Origin: Phoronis australis
Lineage: Eukaryota; Animalia; Phoronida
DNA: 64,000 nt
Assembly (NCBI GenBank): GCA_002633005.1
Contig: NMRA01000135.1
Location: forward strand, 123,115-187,114
Direction: 5' to 3'
This document shows, in pieces, positions 25,101 to 37,100 of the stretch. Made by a program: the position numbers and the translations under genes. The notes below the pieces were generated by a model, which worked only from the letters and a program-made list of their open reading frames with translations, was not told the origin of the DNA and searched no databases. Each line of letters starts with the position of its first letter. The first letter of the stretch is position 1.

Positions 25101-28100
25101 TGGCATTGATTTTTGAATGAGTCTGACTACAGTAGTGCCTCCTAGTGGCAATTTTGTCTCAGATTCAAAATATCTACCACGTTCCTTGATGGACTTCTGC
25201 GAAATTTATTTTACATATTCCTCTTGATATGCACAGATGAATCAATTTCGAGACGACCCTGACTGTTGTGATGTTCCCAAATGACAACTTAGGCTTTCTT
25301 TCTTCTGACTCAATTTCTGCCAAGTTCCTTCAACTTGATGCATCCTCATAAGTTAGGCATGTAAGCACTTACCCAGTTTCAGATGGATCTGACCCTTTTT
25401 CACCCCCTATTGGTCATTTTTTAAAATTTTCATGACTGTTTTTGCATCTACCTCCCTATCACCAAATCGTTGAAGAATCATCTTGAAAGTTGGCTGATGT
25501 GTCCCTGTTGAGGATGGTGTGGCGGACATTAATTTTGAGACTGTTTACTTTTGAGCCCCCTAGTGGCAATTTTAATTTTCTTTGCATCTGCCTCAATATC
25601 TCAAGATACGTCTGCCAGTGACTGCACTCTTCATGATATGTACTGTAGTGGCTCATATATGGTGGTTCTTGTATAATGTCATGAGTCTTGATATGCCTGC
25701 CAGCATCAGTGCACTGTTCATGTTGTGTACTACAATCAATCTTAAACTGTAGTTAGTATATAGTGTTGAGAGACTGCAAGTAGTGTTGTGTCCCAAAGTT
25801 ATGTCACAGTACAATGTTGACTGGTGGTGTTATTTACAAACTTCTTTGATTATTGAAAAAGGAATTGTCACCTCAGTCATCTCTGTCTGGGCGTCTTGCC
25901 TCCGACGTCCACGGCTATATCTCCTAAACCCCTTGCAGGATCTTATTGAAATTTGGCAGGTATGTCCCTATATGAGGTTGACGACAGAGGGCGATGATAT
26001 TCGGACAGACCCAAATACCGGTGTGCCCCCTGGTGGCAATTTTAGTTTTTTATGTTCACCTCTGTATCTTCAAAGGTCCTCAACCGATTTTCATGAAATT
26101 TGGCACATAGGCATCTATTAATGAGTTGACGCTATCCTTCCGTTTTCGGATGGATTCGAGACATTTTGTGCCACCTATTGGCCATTTTTACTATTTTCGA
26201 GTCGTTTTTTTGGCATCTGCACCTCTGTCAACCAAACCACTCTAAGGATAATTGTGAAAGTTGGCATGTATGTTCTTTCTATGAAGGGGACGGTTGACGA
26301 TAATGTTCCGATGACTTCGACTACTGTGGCGCCACCTAGTGGCGTTTTTTTGCACCCATGCCTGTATCTCCTAAGCCCTCTGCAGGATCTTTATTAATTT
26401 TATCATGTGTATTTATATGAAGTTAACAAGAGAAGACGACGACTTTTTTACGGATCCGAAGAACACTCTGCCCCTAGTGACAATTTCTTTTTTTTTTCAT
26501 CTGTTTCTCTGAAGTTCCTCGACGAGTTTTAAGGAAATTTGGCATGTGTCTTTCTTTTAAAGAAACGATGGCATTTTCAGGTTTTCAGTTGGATTCGATG
26601 TATTTTGCACCATCTAGTGGCCATTTTGATGATACAAATAAACAACCTTAAAAGCACACCATTTGCGATGCATTCGTGAGCGCATTTCAATGCTCCGTGT
26701 TGCTCTTGTTTGTTTTTCTCGTTCATAATTAGCTACAGATTAACACCATTTACTTTTTTTAATATCCAACTGATAAACATATTTCATTGTTTTTGTTCGT
26801 TTGAATCAACTGGTAAATGTTTTTTGTTCCAGTATCCTTCATATTGGAGATCAGTGTTCTAACCAGACAGTGTTTAACTACACATTTTGCTACGTTCATT
26901 CAGTCATTATCCAGCGTTACCAGCAAGCTGTTGGTGACTGGTCAATCCAATGTGGGAACTGACTTCCACGAACGCGTTCAGACAGCAACTCGGGTAACTG
27001 TTTCGTCACAGATTGTACTTAAGTGGCTGTTAACCTTCATTTCAAAAAAATAACTTGCTTCTGGTCACTTTCCATTATCAGAGCTCGGAATTTTTTAGAG
27101 GATTTCCTCTTTTTTGATTTCGATCCAGTTTCCTCTCTTTCTATCTCTTTATATCAGTATTTTGACTTTATTCATGCAAAAACCTTTATTTCTGTTAAAT
27201 TTTACAACACTAAAAATATTTCTATCACACAAGCTTCTTTATTTGTGGAACAGTACATCACCTGGAGGTTTTTTCTATTTTTTTGTCGTCGGACATTCCA
27301 AGCCCTGCATGTTAAAACTCATTCAGATGAGAAGGGATTTATGGGCTTGGNGTTGACTGGTAGTGTTATTTACACACCTCTTTGATTATTGAAAAAGGAA
27401 TTGTCACCTCAGTCATCTCTGTCTGGGCGTCTTGCCTCCGACGTCCACGGCTATATCTCCTAAGCCCCTTGCAGGATCTTATTGAAATTTGGCAGGTATG
27501 TCCCTATATGAGGTTGACGACAGAGGGCGATGATATTCGGACAGACCCAAATACCGGTGTGCCCCCTGGTGGCAATTTTAGTTTTTTATGTTCACCTCTA
27601 TATCTTCAAAGGTCCTCAACCGATTTTCATGAAATTTGGCACATAGGCATCTATTAATGAGTTGACGCTATCCTCCCGTTTTCGGATGGATTCGAGACAT
27701 TTTGTGCCATCTATTGGCCATTTTTACTATTTTCGAGTCGTTTTTTTGGCATCTGCACCTCTAACAACCAAGTCATGCTAAGGATGATTGTGAAAATTGG
27801 CATGTATGTTTGCACTATGATGAAGATAGTTGACGATGATTTTCTGACGACTTCGACTACTGTGGCGCCTCCTAGTGGCAGTTTTGTTTGTTTTTGCGTC
27901 CATGGCTGTGTCTCCTAAACGTTCTAAAGGATCTTTATTAGATTTAGCAATTGTATTGATATGAAGTTGACAACGGACGACGACAACTTTCGGACAGATC
28001 GGTTTACCGGTGTACCCCCTAGTGGCAATTTTAGTTTTTTACGTTTACCTCTGTATCTTCAAAGGTTCGCAACGGATTTCTATAAGATTTGACACATAGG

Positions 28101-31100
28101 CATCTATTAATGAGATGACGCTATCCTCCCGTTTCGAATGGTTTCAACATTGTTTGCGCCACCTAGTGGCCATTTTTGTTGTTTTCGAGTCCGTTTTTTG
28201 GTGTCCGTCCCTCTGTCAACCAAACCACTCTAAGGATAATTGTGAAAGTTGACATGTATGTTCTTTCTATGAAGGGGACGGTTGACGATAATGTTCCGAT
28301 GACTTCGACTACTGTGGCGCTGCCTAGTGGCATTTTTTGCACCCATACCTGTATCTCCTAAGCCCTCTGCAGGATCTTTATTAATTTTATCACGTGTATT
28401 TATATGAAGTTAACAAGAGAAGATGACGACTTTTTTGCGGATCCGAAGAACACTCTGCCCCTAGTGACAATTTCATTTTTTTTTCATCTGTTTCTCTGAA
28501 GTTCCTCGACGAGTTTTAATGAAATTTGGCATGTGGCTTTCTTTTAAAGAAACGATGGCATTTTCAGGTTTTCAGACGGATTCGATGTATTTTGCACCAT
28601 CTAGTGGCCATTTTGATGATACAAATAAACAACCTTAAAAGCACACCATTTGCGATGCATTCGTGAGCGCATTTCAACGCTCCGCGTTGCTCTTGTTTGT
28701 TTTTCTCGTTCATAATTAGCTACAGATTAACACCATTTACTTTTTTTAATATCCAACTGATAAACATATTTCATTGTTTTTGTTCGTTTGAATCAACTGG
28801 TAAATGTTTTTTGTTCCAGTATCCTTCATATTGGAGATCAGTGTTCTAACCAGACAGTGTTTAACTACACATTTTGCTACGTTCATTCAGTCGTTATCCA
28901 GCGTTACCAGCAAGCTGTTGGTGACTGGTCAATCCAATGTGGGAACTGACTTCCACGAACGCGTTCAGACAGCAACTCGGGTAACTGTTTCGTCACAAAT
29001 TGTACTTAAGTGGCTGTTAACCTTCATTTCAAAAAAATAACTTGCTTCTGGTCACTTTCCATTATCAGAGCTCGGAATTTTTTAGAGGATTTCCTCTTTT
29101 TTGATTTCGATCCAGTTTCCTCTCTTTCTATCTCTTTATATCAGTATTTTGACTTTATTCATGCAAAAACATTTATTTCTGTTAAATTTTACAACACTAA
29201 AAATATTTCTATCACACAAGCTTCTTTATTTGTGGAACAGTACATCACCTGGAGGTTTTTTCTATTTTTTTGTCATCGGACATTCCAAGCCCTGCATGTT
29301 AAAACTCATTCAGATGAGAAGGGATTTATGGGCTTGGAAAAAAGACAATTTATCATTCTTTGAGACCATGCTCGGTGTATAAGGTGACCCACTTTGATAT
29401 CCAACCGTGAAGAACTCTCAATTCATTTCAAGCCCAGAAATCTCTTCTTTAACCAACTAGGAACACTCTATGACCAATTTCATAACCGTAAGTGGTAAGT
29501 CAAAAATTAGCTTTTTGATTGGAAGTGGATTTATTACCTATTGAGGAACGATGTTTTGTGAAATGTTGTTGCCCGGTTGTTCAAGATAAACTGTTTCAAT
29601 GTTTATGGTTTTTGTTTTATTTTTATTTTTACAGTCCTTTTTTGGTTTTTTAAGTCTTTCCAAAAATACCCATCGTTTCATAACTTTGTTTTCAAAATAA
29701 CTACTTTTATTGTTACAGCTTAATATTAAACTACTGTTGTCAAGTTGTACGTCCGCAAAATAAAACCAATAACTTTAACTCAAAGCTGTTTTAAAATTAG
29801 CATTCCAATGTTGTCCAACTGCGAAATAAAAATGTCTTCTTTCCATTGGAGTAGTGACGTTTCATTGTTACTATATACAATTTGAACTTTGGAGTTTCTT
29901 TAATCTATACATTTTGTGGTTTTAATGCCGCGACCTGCGCAGTTTAATCTGAACTATGCATGAAATGACATCTCGCCCTAATGAACGATCATATTTCCGC
30001 TATTCTTAATGTTGCTATTTAACAAGAAAAGTTTGTATCAATTTCCCTTTTTCTCAATTATTATGCACTTGGTACTTACAATGTGACAGATTAAATAATC
30101 TTGAAAAGGTTGCTCTAACTGATAAAATTCCTTTCAAATATCAATTTTCATTTTAGTCTGTCTTGTTTTTGCAGCTAGACAGATATTAAAATTCTTGACC
30201 TTTAAAATTATCTAGCCCCTGTTTTATTTTGTAGGTTTGCCTGCAAACTCTGAGGTTCTTCGCTGCTAGCTACCAACTATATCTCTGGCAGGCGGATGAT
30301 GATAAGGGAAATATTTTGAGCTGTTTACGCGATATCCTGACCTTTGTTATGTCTGTCGCATGCTCCGATGTAAGTATTGAATAACAAGTGCCATGTGTCT
30401 ATGAAAAAATATATCAACTATGTTATAAAATGATGTTAGGTTGATTAGAGTTTTATTAAAAAGAATGAATTTATCCTCGTTTGTCAATAGTCATGTAATG
30501 ATGAATTTTGGTAAGTGTTCAAAAGTGATTTCTTTCAATTCTTACAGCAGATCTCCTGCATTACAATAAATTTTCGAATAAATTACGTAAAACATTAGTG
30601 GAGAGATGTTCTTTTTCCATTTTCTAGTATTAAATGCCCCTTCAACCTGAACTACAAATTGCCAATTAAATGTGTAGTGTCGGACTGTTCCCAACTTTAA
30701 GTCTTTGTGCTCACAAAACGTAAGCTCAAGACAGCATTTCACTCACTCACAATATTGCTGACATCATTCCCACATTAAGATTTTGGCCAACCTCAAAATT
30801 TGCTTTGCATAACAAATATGATATACAAAGGCACTTATTAGTATTCATTGTCGTCCGACGGTGGATTAAAGAGACAGGTCGGCTGCCACAGTCACATTTA
30901 GTTTACACTGTCTGCTTGAGCTGGTGGTCTGTGAATGATGTCACATGATAGCTCAGAACTGTCTATTTAGAGAGGTCAGCTACTGCATTGGTTTGTCTTT
31001 CATGAATTTAACTTCCCAAATGTTTTTTTTTCTGGGAGTATATCTTTACTATTTTTAGCGTCTAAAATATGTTTGCCAATTTAATGTAGTTACACATACA

Positions 31101-34100
31101 TAATGATTCTGGCTATCTCGTGATTTTCAGGCGTACCAGATGGACAGTCGCCTTTTATCAGGAACAGCAATTGTGATGGCTCTGAATTCTTGCAATGATA
31201 CCCCTGTTTCTGTGGAAACGTTTCATCATGTAATGGATTCTCTTTGCAATTCAGGTGCGAAGATTCGCATATTTTGGCGGTTTCATACTGATAACGCAGA
31301 AACAATCACTTAAAGGGGTACTGCATTTTGAGAACCAGTTTTCTCCACTGAATATTGGGCACCAAACTGTTTCTGAATCTGGAGCCCCTAGTGACTAGTC
31401 CCGACAGCACTATAACCACATCCTGAAATACCACAACACATTCTCTCTATCTCTGATTCCTTGGTATTTACCCACAGTGCATCAGCAGGACACTCATCCC
31501 ACAGTTGTACTCTGTTGCCACAGGAGTCATAGCAAAATTATTTTTGACATTCGGCATTATAATGCTAGTAAAGCTTTACTGTTGCACAGTTAGTTGCAGT
31601 GTTGACACCAGGAGGCAGTGTGGCCTAGTCCGATAAGTGTCTGCACTGTTGGTCCCTTGAGTCAGATCTCTAGTACCCTAACTCGATTTTAATTATATAT
31701 TAATAAAGTAGGAAAATGGTTTCATGTGATCAGTGAAATGGGTCCACCTGAGCGGGGTGCTCATGTCTGGTACAACATGTGCCAGAGCACCTGCAATTAT
31801 TTTTTAATTCAATGCTGACACTAGAAACTGTTTGTTGTTTTTGACACTAAAATTTGATAAGCTGGTTAGGGCACAGTGTCATTCTTTTCTTGTCTGTTTG
31901 TGCTTAGAAGTCTTATGTAAAAACTAAATCGGTCATGCAGTGTGTTTTTCTACCTCCTCATAGGAGAGTGCTGAATTCTGGTGGTTTTTGATATTGTGGG
32001 TTCTGAAGAATAGTTTTCCTTTCTATATATGTTCATGAAATCTGAAAATTACTTAGAATTTTTATGGACAGAAATTATTTAGTGACTGCTTAGTATCCCT
32101 TGAATCCACTCATGCTGCTGAACAGATTCATGTTTTCAATATTTTTAAATAAAAAATGACTTTTCTCACTAGCACCATCTGTTGAATAACTAGTGTCCTT
32201 GTCCTAATATTTTTTCCCTTAATGATATTTGAAACCTTATCCAAAAAAGTGTTCATTTTTACTTTTTTTCATAGATGTCTAATAAAAGACATTTTCTTCA
32301 TTTTCGGGGAATTTCAAATAAGAACAGGAGTTCTGTTTTTTGGAGATCGGTTAAAAAGATTAAGTAACAGGTGATCATTTTAAACTATCATTTCTGTTTG
32401 AAAGCTGAACAAACATTAGTTTGGGAATCTAAATTCTGTATTGGCAATGAGAAGTGTGGCACCTATATTTACAGTTTCCTTGAATGTTTCAAATAAGGTT
32501 GCTTCAAAAGTTGTTTATAGGAAATGCTTTGTCAGAATATCTAGGGTTCCCTTTCATCATATGTTGGTGTTTTTATGTAAGTATGTGCCACTTTCTTGTA
32601 TACCCATTGATTTTGCTTTTATCTGTCTATAATATTGTTTATTCCAATAGGACAGAACTCAACCATCCAGTTTGGAAATGTGGAAATATTGCTGGAGACA
32701 CCTTTGTCTCATTCTATGGAAATCTGCAGTCTAAGTGACAAAACAGCTTCCTATACCAAAGAAGTATCATTAAGCCGTCTTGTCCTTCTAAATGGAATGG
32801 TGGTTTCATGTTGTAAGGACGTATTAGTGTATATCGACTGTGGCAGTCCTGTGGTTGGTCAAATATTTGATATGATCTTTGGTTTGCCATCAACATCAAG
32901 TCTCTACCACTGGCTTACTGTGCTGGAATCCTGGCTAAAGTGTGTTAGCTCCATCTGTGGGAGGCTTGAGGAACCATTACTGACCAAGCATAGACTGGAC
33001 TCTATAATGTCCGTGCTTTGGACAAACTGGGATAGTCCTGTGTCAGGTATTAGTCATTTAAAATGGGGTGATGTGGAACCAAACATTTTGCAAAGGGTAT
33101 ACCGAGTCTTAAGTATTTTAAAAATTCATAGACACTAGAGAAAGTTATAAATATCATTAATATATTAATGGTTATATAAACTTGCATATGAGAGTTTGTA
33201 GTATCTTCTTGTTTTTGTTAAAAATATTTTTATTGATGTTGCTACACTGTAAGTTTTTAATTGTAACTCTACTAACTGGTGAGGGAAAACTCCTGTTGTA
33301 GTTTCCTATGATTTCAAAATTATATAGGACCTGTATTGTAAAAGGCTACATGCCTGGTTAAAACCTGTGGTTGTGACTGTGATGCATTTTTTGTAAAAAC
33401 AAATTGACCGTTTCTACTAATTTGAATTTGGCGACATTCCACTCTCGTACATAACAACTGTTTTTCTATTCCCTGTAAATATCTAAGCAGCAACTCTGTG
33501 TACGACCTGCGATTCAACAGCAGTCAGTAATGTGTTATGAAACTAGTTGTTATTTATTTACAGGCATTACTGAGCTAGTCAGTGACCTTTTCAAGACTAT
33601 GCTACAGGTTTACCAGACAGAGAGCACTGCACACAACATGACTTCGACGTCATTCTATGAGGAGGTCACTGGGAAACTATTGTCGGTGCCATGGTCAGTG
33701 AAGGGGAAATATGTCCTGCTGTGTTCTGTGGTCTCCTACGTCACGGTTCAATGGGTAATTTGCCTAATGGAGTTAGGTGCTGAATTTTGACTTTAGTTGC
33801 AAATATTGAGTGTTTGTGAAAACATGAGGGATTTATATTGTAAACATGACATTCAACCATTGTATCAGGTATTGAGTGAGATAATGGATAAAGGGGGGGG
33901 GGTGTGTCAGACATGTTAAGTGGAAGATGGTTGGTATCTGAGTAAGTTATCAAAAAAGCAGTCTAAAATACTTACTTTCAATAAAGTTCTGGGATAAAAA
34001 AGCTGTTGAGAACAATAAAATGCTGTTAAGGGGTCTCTAGATGTAACATAAACCTCACAAACTCTACTTTCTGAGTTATTTCATTTTTCAGCAATAACTC

Positions 34101-37100
34101 AAACTAATGTTCACTTTTCCAGCCAGGCAATATCTGCCACTGCTCATAATGTACTGTTTTGTCCATTCACACAGATTCTACAAAATCATCCATATATTCC
34201 TGACAAGGTGATTGGTTGTATGTCGACCAATCACATGGCGCCATGGGCCAGTGAGCTGTACAGAGAGATGCTATCACAGTAAGTCCTTGGTCTTTCCTAG
34301 CTTATCATTGGATTCAGTAGCAAAAAAATATCAAACAGTGCTTCATATGACAATGCATAGTTGAATATTCAGGGTGACCAGCCTTCCCAAATCACAGGTC
34401 CTTTCTCTGTCTGACTGGAAGCATGTCAGTAAGTTGATTTTAACAGCATTTAAAAAATGTCTGTAGTTGGTGGGTACATAATTATGTGGTTTGTGAGATG
34501 AGAAGTTCATTTGCAAGAAAAAAATTGTTGTGTGTGAGAAAGGATGGCTTGTGTAGATATTTGTACTCAACCCTCTTCAGAAGAATGCCCATATTTTTGT
34601 TGATAGAGAGGCTGATTGCCCACTGGCATGTACTACAATTTTATTTAATTGATTTTCTGAAAAGTACGATTTTACCAAGTGTCTGCTTTTGAATAGTACC
34701 TTGGTATTGTAATCATAACTGATGTGCTGTTGTACACAATCATATCGTTTTACCATTTGTTTTCAGTGGAGACTTTAGTTCTTGGAAGACACACTGGGTG
34801 GCAGCCCTAACAACTGGGCTTTTCAGTACAGACAAGTAAGTGGAACATTTAGCACAAGGTGGAGCTAGTGAGAGTATACTAGATGCAATCATTTTGATAA
34901 TTCTTTAAAGAAGGTTCAATCACCATATTGCAGAAGCATTTTACATCTAGGAATTTGCTGTTGTTATTTGGTTGGATGTTGGAAACACTTCCTCTGATGC
35001 AACATAGCATGCAGATTTTTAGAACAGTGTTTATTCCTGTCAGCCAGTCGACAATTACATAATCTTCTTTTCGTAAATGATAGATGACGCACCAGATTTG
35101 AAAGTTTGTTTTCAGTGGTGTTTGGCCAAAAAGTTCAGCTTTAAATGTTTGTTGTTTTCAGACTGATGTGCTTCAAGTGTTCAGAAATCTTGCTGCCCAT
35201 CACGTTCAGAGTGTTACCTGATGCCGCCACTCTCATGGTCTCTGATATGGAGCACAGTTTACGCAGGAATGACAATGATGATGACAGCTACCTCTGTGGT
35301 AAAGAGCGAACGCAAAGACTGCATGCCTGGACAGCTGTGGTGAAAGCTGCACGGTCATTCCACCTAGTGGCCGATCTTGTAAGATGTGTTTGCTTTTGAA
35401 ATGAATCCTGGCTTATCATCTCGCATTGTACCTGCAAAGTGTGTATGTACGATTTTGTTTGTTTTGAGGAGGTTCATTTGTTTAATATGTGATATTTTAA
35501 ACAGTACATCAAACTGTCCTTTATCCATGTAGTAATGACTCGATGCTAATACAACAAGTTTCTGTTGAGGTAAAGGTTATGGCAAGGTAAGCATTTAGTG
35601 ATTCACTAAGTCCACCCTGATATCTATTAAGGTTTGGCGCGATATCATTTTGTGTTTCAAGTAAAGTACTAACCTTGTGCATTGGTTTTAAGTTGCAATA
35701 TTCTACTGTATGTAAATAGTTTTGTTTTGTATTACATGTGAATTTAGTTATGAAGTTTAAAACTAATCCCTTGATGGCTATTTTTCAGCCTAGTGATTTG
35801 CTGCAAGAGGCATTGTGCCATGCTGACGATAACATTCGCTCAGATGCCCTGACTGCAATATGCTGCACGGTCAAGAAATCCGGTTAGTGTAGCTTTAACT
35901 TGTGCTTGTAGTATTTGTGTAACGGTTACATATGCATGACAATGGGTAGAAGCAGTTGTTTGGTGTGCAGAGGTCAGTGAAATGTTATTTGAAATGAGTG
36001 TGCATTCAGTGGAAGGAGGCTGATTTGACCATTTCTTGGCACTTGAAAATTTACAAGTAAGGTAATTCAGGCTAGGAATGGGTTAAAACAGGCGATTGGT
36101 CTGTCATGCTTGTTTGAGATTGTTTCACTAAACGTCATTTGTTTAAAAGTCAATTTCACACAAGCTTTTGGAGTGATTTTGGCTAAGATGGTTGAGCAGT
36201 TCAAGCTATTTGAGGAGGCAACTGTTTCAAAAGCTTGGACAGTTTTATTAAAGTAGATTTGCAACAGGTGTAATTTACTTTAATTATTTACTCTTATGGA
36301 ACCAAGGGAGACTTCCATAAGGGAAGCATTGGGAGAGTTCAGCGAGATCTTGTAAGATCACGATCATACGACGTAACATCTTGCGAGGGTTTTTTCCCAA
36401 TTAAACTTGCGCCCTTACCAGCGCGCTAGCAGAATGACCACCAGGGGAGGTGACTAAATGGCTGCACCAGAATGTTGAGTTATGGGAGAAAATGGTCCAC
36501 AGAGATCCAGAACACTCTGTGTATGTGTTACAAGTGTCTCACCACTTATAAACATTTTTGAAATGTGCTCCAAATTTGTGGGCTTTATCTCTGCAGAGCC
36601 CGTGGCGCCATCTGAACTCGATCTTGTGAAAACATTTCTGGGATACAACATGAAAGTTGATTCTCCACCATTTCGACAGCGTCTGCTGTTCAACTTGAAG
36701 AGTCTACTGGTACGTCTCCGCGACAGCAGTCTGTCTGCCCTGAGGAGTGCACGTGACAAAGAGTCAGTCCCTGACCTGGTACAGTCTGCTTTTGGTAAGT
36801 AAGTTAATCAGTTTTATAATCAAACGACTACACGGCAGTTAATACCTGTTTATGACGTCAAATAATGGAACAGGCACTGGGAAGATAGAATAATAAGAAT
36901 GAAACAATTCTCAGTATTTTGTCTTAATTCAGATCTTAAAGGGGACATTGTTGGTGAGAAAAGTAAATCTTTACAGAAATCAATAGCAGTGTACAATGGA
37001 ATCCACTAACTCCGTAGTAGCCACCAAGTACTCTTCCACTGAGAGCCAAATTCCACGTGTTAAATAACCGAGTATTTTATGCCATTTAAATGGTAATGGC

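Larger units (their letters stand above)
25817..29337. repeat. Direct duplication 25817-27350 vs 27352-29337 around N27351 (probable haplotype overlap)
   Basis: The copies are near-identical, including a THADA exon. The second is ~452 bp longer because it has three extra repeat units. Confidence 0.9.

Noticed and set aside
24655-28697. Regularly spaced conserved motif as a CRISPR-like repeat-spacer array
   Set aside because: The intervening sequences are homologous to each other, so these are diverged tandem units within a transposon and not unique spacers.
26833-28980. Mutually exclusive duplicated THADA exons
   Set aside because: The exons encode identical protein, the introns are duplicated too, and the junction is an N. 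Haplotype duplication is the simpler explanation.
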